Virus record (IMG/VR): IMGVR_UViG_3300046536_000256
Span: 62,001-126,000 of that record
Direction: 5' to 3' (one strand)
DNA length: 64,000 nucleotides
Shown here: one piece after another, positions 8,506 to 18,393 of the stretch
How the letters are laid out: each line of letters begins with the position of its first letter
Position numbering within the stretch: the stretch's first letter is position 1
Notes under the pieces: model-generated
Databases searched by the model: none
Told to the model about the DNA's origin: nothing
The model's input: the letters and a program-made list of their open reading frames with translations, nothing else
Position numbers and translations under genes: made by a program

Positions 8506-10158
8506 TTATTCGCGACGCTTCAGCCTGTTACTGGTCGACTCATATAACTCTTTGAACTCGGGAGCGAGTCCGGTTACTTTGTCGTTGATCAGATGGAGGC
8601 ATGGTGTCAGATACCCTCGTCCGTCTGGATACGGGTTAGTCACCCGCAGGTAACTGTTTACGAAAGGCAAGGAAGGGTGAGTGAAGCACGCGCTGTCAGT
8701 TGTATCAAAATCACCGCGCTTCTTCTTGTTGCCTACCCCGGTATAGACCTTGTGCTGTGGCATGCATCCCAACACATAATCGATGAACGGATTATCTGTC
8801 GGTGTCGGTTCCTGAATGAGATTGGTCGTTCGCGCATTGTCAATCTCCTTGATGTGAAAATTGTTATTAAGGAACCGGGACACTTTCTTCTGGCTGAGTT
8901 CCGAGTTGTTCTTGATGTCGTGTTTGAAACTGTTGGCGGCTGTGATCAGCTTGTCCAACGTGAATTCCAAACTCGCCAGCTCTTTGTAGAGCATGGAGGC
9001 ACGATCGGTTGTCTGAACGATCTCACTGCGGTTAGCAATGATGTAGTTAAACAAATCGAACATGTTCGACACCACGATGGACTGGGACGCGAATTTCTTA
9101 ATCGAGTCTTCGTCCAGGTACTCGTTGATCGAGTCAAAGTGCTCATACATTAAACGCATGATGTACTCGTTACTGTCTCCCGCTTTCACGGAGCAGCGAC
9201 CGATGATCAACTTCCAGTAGTCCGGGTTGTCAATGCTGTCAATATCAAAGTACGAGGAAAGGCAATCAATGACAAACAACAACGCCCCGGCATACTGCAA
9301 CGCCATAGAGCTCAGCTCTTTACGCTTATCGGACTTGTTCCGTACCGCCACGGCATAGTCGTGGCCTACGAAGTCACCCAAAGAACGCGAGTTAGGCGAA
9401 CTGGAACGGGTGATAATTTCCCAACGATCCCCTGGTTTGCATTCCGCAACCAAAGCATCGGTAGGTCCGATCTCAAAGTCACACTCGCCATACTGTTGCA
9501 TGGCTTTGGTGAACCCCATATCCGCAAAGATGTACCAGGCTAGTAAAGGCGTAGGGGTTTTGGTGTCCTTGATCTTCCTGGCTTCCGTCGGGCTATAAAA
9601 CCGATTGGCTGCCAAGTTGATGTCGGCGGTTCGCGTCATGTTGCTACCGGTCTCAGAGAACACTTGGTCGTACTTAAAGTGCTCCACACCGATCTTGAAC
9701 TTGAACCCCAAGACTTTGACGAACAGCGAGTTTTCCTTAGTGACGGGTAGTCCACGTTCGGCTAACACGAATTGCAAGCTGTAATGCACGCCTCGTAACC
9801 ACAGATCGCCATGCTTGTCGCAATACGGCAACATGACATACACTGGGTTCAACGCGATAATCTTGCCAGCCTTGTCCATGTACTCGAACATGATCTTGCA
9901 AGGGTACAGCGTCTCCTTGTGAATGTCGAAGATCTTAGCGCTCGACTTAATGAGATACTCGTTGTATTCCCGAGGCGATACCCGCTTCACGTCCCGGAAG
10001 AATACCCCGCGCTTTTCAATGCTCTTGAAAATCAATCGAAGTGAATGGTCGAAATAATGAAGACCTTTCTCAAATTCCTTTTGATGAAAACCGTCAACAA
10101 TTACCTGATTGAATTTCGGCATTGTTGCTTCAATAGGTCCTATTAGCCTTGGGTGCAT
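8506..10158 (-). CDS. Non-virion RNA polymerase beta-like subunit, N-terminal part (phiKZ gp123-like)
   Basis: N-terminal MPKFN..IVDGF, LWLRGVHY...VLAERG and C-terminal HPS...GRGYLTP motifs; lies two genes downstream of the major capsid gene. Confidence 0.8.
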   Translation of the reverse strand: MHPRLIGPIEATMPKFNQVIVDGFHQKEFEKGLHYFDHSLRLIFKSIEKRGVFFRDVKRVSPREYNEYLIKSSAKIFDIHKETLYPCKIMFEYMDKAGKIIALNPVYVMLPYCDKHGDLWLRGVHYSLQFVLAERGLPVTKENSLFVKVLGFKFKIGVEHFKYDQVFSETGSNMTRTADINLAANRFYSPTEARKIKDTKTPTPLLAWYIFADMGFTKAMQQYGECDFEIGPTDALVAECKPGDRWEIITRSSSPNSRSLGDFVGHDYAVAVRNKSDKRKELSSMALQYAGALLFVIDCLSSYFDIDSIDNPDYWKLIIGRCSVKAGDSNEYIMRLMYEHFDSINEYLDEDSIKKFASQSIVVSNMFDLFNYIIANRSEIVQTTDRASMLYKELASLEFTLDKLITAANSFKHDIKNNSELSQKKVSRFLNNNFHIKEIDNARTTNLIQEPTPTDNPFIDYVLGCMPQHKVYTGVGNKKKRGDFDTTDSACFTHPSLPFVNSYLRVTNPYPDGRGYLTPCLHLINDKVTGLAPEFKELYESTSNRLKRRE

Positions 10159-10170
10159 CTTAACTCCAAA

Positions 10171-11307
10171 CTACGAAGTAAATAGTTTATACCCTGTAAA
10201 CGCGACTCCGGCTATTGCTCCAACGGCCTTCGCGAATTCACCCCAGTTATTGGCCGATCCTTTCTGTTTAACCAGCTCCATGGATGCTTTATTCACCGTG
10301 TCTTTGATACGACTCTCGTACTTAAAGATGTCGCCTGACACTTTGGTGTGGTGTTTCAGCTGGCTCATTTCAAGGCGGTGCTCATGCTTAACCTGAGCGA
10401 CTTCTGTTTTGTGATCTTGTCGGGATTGCGTGAGGTCCTTGGCCAAACGACTATTAACGATCTCAGACTTGGACAGGAGGTCTTGCAGACCGTTGGAGTG
10501 ATCCTTCAGACGTCCCACCTCCTTGGAGAATTCTTTAACCTTGTTCTCGGCGGTCAGCATGCGTTCAGTGTTACCACCGTTTTCACACGCAGACTTGGTT
10601 GAGAACAAACCTAACGACTCCAGGATTTTTGCATCCAAACCTTCGAAAGTGTAATATAGTATTTGCGGTGATTCATTACCATACATGACTCCAGTGTACA
10701 GCCCAGGCTGCTTACTGTCGTCGTACACCACAGGAACCTCAACAGCTTTACCCATGACGTTGGTGTACATCGGGTTGCTTTCCCGACGTGGGTCGTTCAC
10801 ATAAACGAAGTGGTGTAATCCACCTTTAGGGAGCGGTTGGTCACCCAGGGTTGTTGTGCACAACTCTTTCAGGGTGAAGGTTGGGGTGTTCATGGAAGGC
10901 TGAGTAGCATTCTCCATCCCGTTATACAAAGTGATGCCGAGGATCTCGCTGTGGATCGCGTCGTTCTTTTCAACGAGTGAGCTGGTTAGTGCAATCACTA
11001 CGTTAATGTCCTGAGAGAACATGTCTGCGAAGTTACCTTCGGAGTCTTTCAAACGGTCGCGGTCTAAACGGATACCCTTAAGCAGTTGTTTGTCAAACAG
11101 GGTCAGTGCGGCGGATTCATCGATGAGCAGGTTAGCGATCACGATTTGTGGAATGTGTACGTGCACTTGGCGTTGGGACGAATAGCTCGGCTCCTTTGCC
11201 CGACGAATAATGTAACCCAGGCCACCTTTGGCCCTTACAACCATTTCTTGACTGGATCGATTAACGATCCGGTAATTCAGCTTGAAGCTACTGATCTCGG
11301 TTTCCAT
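10171..11307 (-). CDS. Conserved hypothetical protein (gp122-like) with a C-terminal coiled coil and a hydrophobic tail
   Basis: 378-aa ORF; heptad-rich region followed by AVGAIAGVAFTGYKLF. Confidence 0.7.
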   Translation of the reverse strand: METEISSFKLNYRIVNRSSQEMVVRAKGGLGYIIRRAKEPSYSSQRQVHVHIPQIVIANLLIDESAALTLFDKQLLKGIRLDRDRLKDSEGNFADMFSQDINVVIALTSSLVEKNDAIHSEILGITLYNGMENATQPSMNTPTFTLKELCTTTLGDQPLPKGGLHHFVYVNDPRRESNPMYTNVMGKAVEVPVVYDDSKQPGLYTGVMYGNESPQILYYTFEGLDAKILESLGLFSTKSACENGGNTERMLTAENKVKEFSKEVGRLKDHSNGLQDLLSKSEIVNSRLAKDLTQSRQDHKTEVAQVKHEHRLEMSQLKHHTKVSGDIFKYESRIKDTVNKASMELVKQKGSANNWGEFAKAVGAIAGVAFTGYKLFTS

Positions 11308-11348
11308 TTGGAGGCCTCCAGGGAAACATTAATATTAGGTTCTAACTC

Positions 11349-11367
11349 AATAATGTAGGTCTGAAAG
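11349..11367 (-). promoter_or_regulatory. Early-type promoter for the nvRNAP beta operon
   Basis: Minus strand CTTTCAGACCTACATTATT, about 40 nt upstream of 11307. Confidence 0.65.
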
Positions 11368-11404
11368 ATTCCAATGGAAAAAGTCACCAAGCAAACATAG
11401 ACCA

Positions 11405-11443
11405 CTGCCCTCCCTCACCCCTTTCGAGGTGAGGGAGGGAGCA
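11405..11443 (-). terminator. Terminator after the major capsid gene
   Basis: ctgccctccctcacc...ggtgagggagggagcag; minus-strand tail contains TATGTTTGC. Confidence 0.8.
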
Positions 11444-11539
11444 GACTCTGTTTCAACTCACTTCAACCACAGCCCAACTTGGCATCGGCTTCGTTGACAG
11501 ACAACATCTAAACTGTCAACTGACCGTAGTCAGTAGGGC

Positions 11540-13723
11540 TTAGGCGTTTGGGTCGGTGTCCGGTACGTTAGCACCGGCGTTGCCGATATTGTCAACAACA
11601 ACGCGCTGAGAAGCCAGCTTCGACAGCAGACCTTCGTCACCCAGGAAGTCATGGGCGTCGGTGATGGTCAGCGAGCCGATGATTGGGTTCAGAGCCCAGT
11701 GCTTGTAGATCGGGAGGGTCATGACCACACCGAAGTCCTGCTGGTCACGAGTGACGTTGCCTTGGACCAGGATGTTTTCCTTGGACACGTTCACGCCGAT
11801 ACCGCCCAGAGGGTTGATGGTGTCGTTGGTGGAGGTGTTCTTCGGAACGATCAGGATTTGACCGATCTGCGAGTCGAAGTTGGTTTCGACTACGTTCAGG
11901 CTTTGCTTCGGACCAGTGGTACGAGCGTCGCCGGAGCGCATTACGAAACGGCTGAGGTTCTGGTGAACAACAACGGTCCACTCGATGTTGCCGTCAGTGC
12001 CGCCGTATTCAGCGATCGCAGCCAGACCCGACTTGGTGTTCAGGGCAGCAGTGATGTCGCTGATTTCGTTGGTGATGGCTGCGCAGACAGCGTCGAAGAC
12101 ACCCGAGGAGTCGATCGACGAAACTACGTCCTTCAGAGTGATCGCACGGTTAACTGCGGACGCAGTAACGAAGTGCTGACCGGCCAAGGTGTTGGAACCT
12201 TGGTTGTTGCCCACGACTGGGGAACCGTCGATGGAGGTGATGTACTTCAGGTGATCTTGAGCCTTGTCGAACGCGTTACGCGAGCACTGGTTGTTGATCA
12301 CGATGGACATCTGCTGGATTGCGAAGTCCAGGGAAGCCTGGTTGACGTCGTCCTTGCTGATCGGGTATTTCACCGACACTGGGGAGCGGCGCTGTACCGA
12401 CAGATGCTTGCGGGCATCGAACACTTCGATGCGATAGCCGAAGTTGCCACGGCTGGTGTTGGAAACGTTGAAGGTAGGCTTCATCGCCACAACGGTGCCG
12501 AGGCTGAACGAACGGATCAGCGCTTTCTGAGTGTCATCAGCTTTGCCGATGGTGATCAGGCTGCCAGTGGTCAGGTCGCGCAGAGCGTGAACTTCGGCAG
12601 TACCGGCGTTCAGGCGCAGTTCGTTGCCTTGACGCTGGTAGTTACCAGAAGCCGAGACGTTCAACATTGGCTCGTAGCCAGCGGTTTTGAAGCTAGCGAA
12701 AATGGTTTCGCCGACTTTCACGCCGTCTTTGTCTTCAACCGAGAAGCCTGGCAGAATGCGCAGGTGCATGTTGAGCATGCGATCGTCGGACGATTGACCG
12801 TTGGCGGTTGGGCCGAAGGTGTTGTTCGACATCGACTTGGTGTCGATGAAGAAGGTAACGGCGTTGGCGCCGATTTTGCCACCCAGAGCCATGGTGCGGA
12901 TGCTGATGGAGTTCGATTCGATTTCGTCGGTCGAAGTCCAAGGGCGCTGGCCAGGAACTTGGGTCAGACCCAGAAGGTTCGGTACGGTAACCGGAACAGT
13001 CAGGAACTGAGTTTTGTGAGCGCTACGGCCGTAGGCGTCGCCTTCGGAGTAGGTGGCGTTGGTTGGAGCAACCAGGCCGGCATCAGCGAACAGGGAACGA
13101 GTGTCGTCACCAGCGTCAGCTGGGTACACTGGCCACAGAGCCAGCACTTCGTCTTTGAACATTTCGCCGGAACGCAGCAGACCGAAGATCGGACGCAGCT
13201 CGGAAGCCGACTGCCATGCACTGTTGCCGTAGGCATAAGTGCCCAGACCAGCGGCACGTACGACCATTTCAGCGCCTTCATCTTCGTACTTGACGGAGAT
13301 GGTGGTGAAAAGTGCCTCAGCCGCAGGCGTTTGCAGGTGAGACTGGGCGTTGAGGGTCATGTTCGCAGCTTTCAGGTCAGCCTGATCGCCTTTGAAGTTT
13401 TGCATCGAGAAGCCTTCCAGACCTTGGATAGACTTCAGGCCAGCTTCGGCCTCGCCGAACAGGGACAGCGCTTCGCCTGGAACGCCGCTACGGCCTTTGG
13501 CGCCCATGAAAGCGTCGTACGCGCCGGGAGTCAGGACTTTCAGGCTCTTGCCGAGGGTGGCGCCTTCAGTGCCAGCAACCCCCATCATTTGCGATTGGAA
13601 AGTGTCGAAGCTCTCGTTACCCGAGAAGGTAGCCAGCGCGTTGTTGTTCACCAGCGATTCGCGGATAGCGTGGAACAGGTTGTTCTCCGGCTTCAGCGCT
13701 GCCGTCAAAATTTTCTTAGCCAT
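11540..13723 (-). CDS. Major capsid protein (phiKZ gp120-like)
   Basis: 727 aa with strong codon bias; propeptide carries G-x-E sites (SGNE, AGTE, QGLE|GF); Q..AAEALF motif; lies beside gp119-like and DnaB genes. Confidence 0.9.
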   Translation of the reverse strand: MAKKILTAALKPENNLFHAIRESLVNNNALATFSGNESFDTFQSQMMGVAGTEGATLGKSLKVLTPGAYDAFMGAKGRSGVPGEALSLFGEAEAGLKSIQGLEGFSMQNFKGDQADLKAANMTLNAQSHLQTPAAEALFTTISVKYEDEGAEMVVRAAGLGTYAYGNSAWQSASELRPIFGLLRSGEMFKDEVLALWPVYPADAGDDTRSLFADAGLVAPTNATYSEGDAYGRSAHKTQFLTVPVTVPNLLGLTQVPGQRPWTSTDEIESNSISIRTMALGGKIGANAVTFFIDTKSMSNNTFGPTANGQSSDDRMLNMHLRILPGFSVEDKDGVKVGETIFASFKTAGYEPMLNVSASGNYQRQGNELRLNAGTAEVHALRDLTTGSLITIGKADDTQKALIRSFSLGTVVAMKPTFNVSNTSRGNFGYRIEVFDARKHLSVQRRSPVSVKYPISKDDVNQASLDFAIQQMSIVINNQCSRNAFDKAQDHLKYITSIDGSPVVGNNQGSNTLAGQHFVTASAVNRAITLKDVVSSIDSSGVFDAVCAAITNEISDITAALNTKSGLAAIAEYGGTDGNIEWTVVVHQNLSRFVMRSGDARTTGPKQSLNVVETNFDSQIGQILIVPKNTSTNDTINPLGGIGVNVSKENILVQGNVTRDQQDFGVVMTLPIYKHWALNPIIGSLTITDAHDFLGDEGLLSKLASQRVVVDNIGNAGANVPDTDPNA

Positions 13724-13787
13724 GGATTAAAGTCCTGTGAGTTGAACATTTGAAACAAATATATTTGTTTGCGCAAGTTGAGCTGCA

Positions 13788-13795
13788 CATAAAAT
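13788..13795 (-). promoter_or_regulatory. Candidate late promoter (TATG core) for the capsid gene
   Basis: Minus strand TTTTATG about 65 nt upstream of the capsid ATG. TATG is the established phiKZ late consensus, but it is short. Confidence 0.45.
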
Positions 13796-13806
13796 ATGTA
13801 AGAGTG

Positions 13807-14352
13807 TTAGGGATTTTCAATGCTGAGCAGTTTGAAAACCTCTGCCAGCGTGAATTCCCCGAGAGCAGGATGCGTGACTTGTCCGGAGTGAGACTCCAAA
13901 TAACCCACGCGACTATAAATCGTTTCCAGCAGGGCGGCTGCGAAAGTATTGCCATCTTGCTTGTGGAAGCTTGGGAGTAACTTGTCGGCATGATCCCCAG
14001 CAACCATAACAACAGTTTGCCCTATAACAAGGGATTGGAACTTAGTGGCCGCCTTGAACTGGCCGGCTAAAGCATCACTGCTAGACGAATTGAATGCATC
14101 TGCGAGCATGGCGGCATCGTACCCAGTGCCCATTTGCACCTTGGCATCAGTCAGAGGGATCCCCATAGTTTTCCCAACAACCAGTTGGTACTTGAGGATA
14201 TCCGCCATTTCTCCGTAAGTCAGGACACCATGGTATACTGCCAATTTGTCCAAGTCCTGCAACGGAACAGACGACCGGACTAGCGTGTCTACCATCCCGC
14301 TGGTCAGGAAAAAGAATTTAAACGGATTACCGTTAGGATAATTCAAAATCAT
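13807..14352 (-). CDS. Virion protein (gp119-like)
   Basis: 181-aa ORF between the capsid and DnaB genes (synteny). Confidence 0.65.
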   Translation of the reverse strand: MILNYPNGNPFKFFFLTSGMVDTLVRSSVPLQDLDKLAVYHGVLTYGEMADILKYQLVVGKTMGIPLTDAKVQMGTGYDAAMLADAFNSSSSDALAGQFKAATKFQSLVIGQTVVMVAGDHADKLLPSFHKQDGNTFAAALLETIYSRVGYLESHSGQVTHPALGEFTLAEVFKLLSIENP

Positions 14353-14375
14353 CTTTAGCTCCCGGGGAGTTTTGA

Positions 14376-15908
14376 ATGAACGATTTACTGGTGTTGGTTA
14401 AGATCCTTTCGGCACTTTATCAAGCGAAGAAGCTGAAAGATAACAACTTAATCAACGAATTAATAGAAACCTTGGAAGAACTCCCGAAACCTAACGCTGA
14501 CGTTTTCAGCCAGGATAAGGAAGTTCGCGAGAGCATAAAGGCGACAATTCAGTGGCTGCTCAAGCAACCTAACGATGAGCCTGTTATAAAATCATTGCTT
14601 ATGCAGCGTGTTGAGCTGTTTTGCAAGAATGATGACTCGCTGAAGAAGACCATTGAAGCAGGCTTGGAAGATTGTGCCGACGAAGAACTGACTCGTAAAC
14701 TGGTCTACAAGCACGTTACTGAAGTACGTCTGAACGGCGAGACTGAAGCGTTCCAGAAGAAGTTCAAGCAGGCACTGGCTCCTTTCTACTTCAAAGACAT
14801 CTCGGAGATGAAGAAGGAAGACTGGGGCAACCTGATCGACATGATTCAGGAACGGGTGAACAACACCTACGACGAACGCACGTCGGAGATTGTTTACACG
14901 GTCACTTCCGGTACGCCGGAATCCTTCTTCCAAATCATTGAGATGGCCAAGAAGGAAAACAGTAAGCAAGGTATCCTTAAGCTCGGTCTGCATGCATTGA
15001 ATCAAATGCTCGAGCCTGACGGCGGTTTGCGTCGCAGTAAGTTCTACCTGATCAACGCCCTGACTAACCGCGGTAAGTCGTTGACCATGGCCCACATCTT
15101 GGCGTCTGTGGGCTTGTACAACATTCCGATGTTGCGTAACAAGGCGAAGATCCCAACGCTGCTCATGGAGTCCTCTGAAGACACCATGGACCTGATCATC
15201 ATGCGGATGTACAAACTCGCATTGAGTGTTCAGAACAACCACAGTGGCGACTTCCAAGTGGATGCTGCTGAGGATATCGTTGAGACCATCGTTAAGTGCT
15301 TCAAGGAAAACGGTTGGTTCCTGATCATTAACCAGATCGAAGCGAACAAAGACAGCATGCAAGGCATGTTCGATCGCGTTCGTAACCTGGAAATGAAAGG
15401 CCACGAGATTATCTTCTACGGTTACGACTACTTGGGTCTGGTCCCTATCGACAAGATCCCAGGCGAAAGCAAGTCGGACAAGTTGCAGATTCTCTTCCGT
15501 CGTGTTCGTTCTTTCATGATTGCTCGTGGTATCTGCTTTGTTACTCCGCATCAACTTAGCCCAGAAGCCAAGAAGATGCTGAAAGAAACAGACGATGAGT
15601 CTGAAGTCTATTTTGCTCGTGAAGTTGCTGGTAAGTCCATGACTGAGACTTCCACCAAGATCACGAACGAAGTTGATGTCGAGTTAACCATCCATGTGGC
15701 CAAAACCCCAACCAAGAACTACTTCACAGCATGCGTGGGGAAATCGCGTGGGGAAGGTTGTGAGCCGAGCAAACGGTTTGCGATCTACGACCTTGATCCA
15801 ACACATGGGTTGAAACACGACATCAATGGTAAACCCGCCTTCCGTCGTAGCCTGCAACAGAAGATCACCGATGATGGTTCTCTGGTTGCTGACTGGGACT
15901 CGCTCTGA
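14376..15908 (+). CDS. dnaB: DnaB-like replicative helicase (gp118-like)
   Basis: Walker A ALTNRGKS, S-E-D motif, DYL Walker B, TPHQLS and KSRG arginine finger. Confidence 0.9.
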   Translation: MNDLLVLVKILSALYQAKKLKDNNLINELIETLEELPKPNADVFSQDKEVRESIKATIQWLLKQPNDEPVIKSLLMQRVELFCKNDDSLKKTIEAGLEDCADEELTRKLVYKHVTEVRLNGETEAFQKKFKQALAPFYFKDISEMKKEDWGNLIDMIQERVNNTYDERTSEIVYTVTSGTPESFFQIIEMAKKENSKQGILKLGLHALNQMLEPDGGLRRSKFYLINALTNRGKSLTMAHILASVGLYNIPMLRNKAKIPTLLMESSEDTMDLIIMRMYKLALSVQNNHSGDFQVDAAEDIVETIVKCFKENGWFLIINQIEANKDSMQGMFDRVRNLEMKGHEIIFYGYDYLGLVPIDKIPGESKSDKLQILFRRVRSFMIARGICFVTPHQLSPEAKKMLKETDDESEVYFAREVAGKSMTETSTKITNEVDVELTIHVAKTPTKNYFTACVGKSRGEGCEPSKRFAIYDLDPTHGLKHDINGKPAFRRSLQQKITDDGSLVADWDSL

Positions 15909-15964
15909 TAAAACAGTAACTTTTAATATCGCCATCTATCAGTATTAAATAGACCACCTAAATA

Positions 15965-15996
15965 CCTCCTCTCCGGGTCATTCCTGGGAGGAGGTT
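15965..15996 (+). terminator. Hairpin after dnaB
   Basis: acctcctctccggg...cctgggaggaggt. Confidence 0.65.
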
Positions 15997-16203
15997 AATG
16001 GGTTATATTTGCCTGCTTCTTATTTCCACATCGCCTTATTAGCGAATGCCGGCTACAAAGGGCTACAAAGCGATTACAGCCGTTTTAAGAATACTCCCTT
16101 CTCGTATTAGGGGTTATTCTCTTTAATAGGTTTAACGTGATTGTAGGGGTTACTCTTTTCCCTTCCTGTTAATGGGTTCCCTAGGGAACAGAGCAATAAG
16201 GCA

Positions 16204-16236
16204 TATACCTCTACTCCCAAAAGGAGTAGAGGTATA
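16204..16236 (-). terminator. Hairpin terminator for the minus-strand structural operon
   Basis: tatacctctactcc caaaa ggagtagaggtata; minus-strand tail TATGCC. Confidence 0.75.
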
Positions 16237-16338
16237 GCTTACTGTCAAAAGCAAAGATAGAAGGGGATTGCCCCCACTCGCTCCCGCGTCTTTCCATTAC
16301 TGGTGTATAGACATAAGCACCCAGACAGGAAAATATAT

Positions 16339-17679
16339 TCATTGATCCACAGGGATAACCGTGTTCGCCAAGAACAGTTCCAGTGTAGAGTGTTCCCTGA
16401 ACTTAGGTTGCCCTGCGTTCTGAGTATCCTGCTGGTATTCCGAGCGAACCGTTATGATGGTGCCTTCCCGGTACATCAACGCATCACTGCCGCTCATGAA
16501 GTAGAACCGACATGGCATGCCTGGGGTGATCTCGCTAGCCCGTGAGTTGTGCCAGGTCCTAGAGACCACTGAACCGTCGATGTAGGCGTTCTGAGAAAGC
16601 AGCTTACACAGGTTGTTGGTAGGGGTGGCGTGGAAAGGGATACTGTCTTCCCCACTACCCCGAGCCGTGGTCTTGTATTCCGACATGGAGTCTTCACGCG
16701 TAGTGAGCGCCTGTCCCTTAGCGTAGTAGCTACCTGTCTCCCCCATGATGGCGTCCGAGCTAACCACCCGTTTACCAGAACCGAAGTTCTGCTTCTGGAT
16801 GTCACTGCCGTCACTGTTGTGCCCTTCACCTGTCGACAGGATCGTCAGAACCTTATCATCAAGGAACCAACTGTTCTTCAGGGTCGGGAACACGTTAGAT
16901 GGCAAGGCGTAGATGTTGGCTACCTTGCGAGCAGCTTCATAACGTCCGATCTTTAGCGGAGGAAAGATGTACCACATCCCTTTACGGTAGTAGGACGCCA
17001 TACCCCGGCTGTAGAACCCAAACTGGTCATCTTGCTGAAGAAACTCAGCAAACTTGATCAACGGCATCGGTGGAATAACAATCTGCTTAAACACCCGTGT
17101 GTTGTCATATGGGTATTCGATGTCCACACCACGGAACTTATCCCCACCGGTCAATTGCAGCTGTTCGCCGTACTTGGTCAGTTGGTAATGCAGGGCGTTG
17201 TCCAAGGTGGTCATTAACAGGTGGTCAGAGATCGTGGTTGTCTTCAGTTGGGCGTAACCCACGTCCAACAGCTGGAACTCCACATCAACCATGTTCAGAT
17301 CGTCTTTGGTGGACAGATCCGCCAAGGCCGTGTTGTTGGCCGCCATCGGCGCACTGGAGTCATGCAGAGGGATCGCCCGGAATCGATACATCACTTGTGT
17401 GTAACCTTCCCGCTCAGTGATCTCGATAAACAGGTTGTCCTTCACCGGCAGCACACGGTTCTGGTATACCCCCGGTTGCAGCTGAGCTTTAATCCGGCAA
17501 TCATCCGAGTGGTTAACCCCGAACAACGCCAAACGAGCAAACCCCGTCGGAAGAATCAACGGGATCTGTTCATCAGGAGCGATGATCATCGCCGACATGG
17601 TGAAAATACGTTCGCTCTTGCCCTGGTCAATCGAGTTGGCGTAATTAACCAGGTTGGCTAACGGCTTTGGTACTTCCAT
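16339..17679 (-). CDS. Virion structural protein, probable baseplate hub/tail tip (gp101-like)
   Basis: 446 aa, beta-rich; W.NS....ITPGMP motif; synteny. Confidence 0.55.
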   Translation of the reverse strand: MEVPKPLANLVNYANSIDQGKSERIFTMSAMIIAPDEQIPLILPTGFARLALFGVNHSDDCRIKAQLQPGVYQNRVLPVKDNLFIEITEREGYTQVMYRFRAIPLHDSSAPMAANNTALADLSTKDDLNMVDVEFQLLDVGYAQLKTTTISDHLLMTTLDNALHYQLTKYGEQLQLTGGDKFRGVDIEYPYDNTRVFKQIVIPPMPLIKFAEFLQQDDQFGFYSRGMASYYRKGMWYIFPPLKIGRYEAARKVANIYALPSNVFPTLKNSWFLDDKVLTILSTGEGHNSDGSDIQKQNFGSGKRVVSSDAIMGETGSYYAKGQALTTREDSMSEYKTTARGSGEDSIPFHATPTNNLCKLLSQNAYIDGSVVSRTWHNSRASEITPGMPCRFYFMSGSDALMYREGTIITVRSEYQQDTQNAGQPKFREHSTLELFLANTVIPVDQ

Positions 17680-17682
17680 GAC

Positions 17683-18393
17683 TTACCCCTTAAAGATCCA
17701 TTCGGAATGAGAAGGAGCGGACTCCAGTTGTGACAGGCTATCCATCACAGCCGAAGGGGTCATGGTAGGACGTTCCGCCATGAATTCATCCACCGATACG
17801 AAGTCCGATTTATCCTGCAAGCCATCGAGGTGACTGACAAAGCTGATCTCGCCCTTCTGCTTACTGAAGCTGAACAGCATCGACAAGCCAGTAAGGCCCG
17901 ACTTGTTCAATGCCTTCTCAGTGGTCATCGCTTTCTCGACATCGTCGTCCAGTACAAACGGTTTGATCCGCCGGTACATGGGGAACAGATACCAAGCCAA
18001 GGATTCCAGCCAGCGCAGCTCCTGCATCGGTGGGGTAGGGAACTCTGGTGCGTTAGTGGTAATCTCGCACCAAAGCATCAAGTACTCCTGGATCGACTCG
18101 TAGATCTCCGGAACAACCTTGTTGGCATTGTTGAAGCCCAGATCATCAGCCCCTGTCAAGTTCGGCAGGATGTCGATAATCTGGGGGCAAGTCATCTTCC
18201 TGATTTGATGGTTATCAAAGTAACCCGCATCGTTGGCGTACCCTTCCTGTTTGGATTCGTACCGCTCACGTAACTGTTCAATATCCATCAACGTCTTCGG
18301 GGCAATCCACATCGGGAAAGCTCGGTTGTTGATGATGTTGTACAGGAAGAAGATCCGCTCTCGGATCTGGTTGTACCGGGTATGCGAAATCAT
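17683..18393 (-). CDS. Conserved hypothetical protein (gp100-like)
   Basis: 236-aa ORF translationally coupled to its neighbours. Confidence 0.6.
   Translation of the reverse strand: MISHTRYNQIRERIFFLYNIINNRAFPMWIAPKTLMDIEQLRERYESKQEGYANDAGYFDNHQIRKMTCPQIIDILPNLTGADDLGFNNANKVVPEIYESIQEYLMLWCEITTNAPEFPTPPMQELRWLESLAWYLFPMYRRIKPFVLDDDVEKAMTTEKALNKSGLTGLSMLFSFSKQKGEISFVSHLDGLQDKSDFVSVDEFMAERPTMTPSAVMDSLSQLESAPSHSEWIFKG

Noticed and set aside
11651-13753. Long antisense ORFs (700 aa here; also 25100-26695, 36047-37597, 43485-45275, 45860-47587, 59112-60509)
   Set aside because: They are shadows of highly biased sense genes, which avoid TTA/CTA/TCA codons and so remove antisense stops. They have no SD or motifs and unnatural composition.
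16051-16070. CRISPR-like or iteron array
   Set aside because: Only two adjacent 10-bp copies, with no spacers and no cas genes.
16303-16545. Small + strand ORF starting in the non-coding island
   Set aside because: GTG start, mostly antisense to a real structural gene, and no supporting features.
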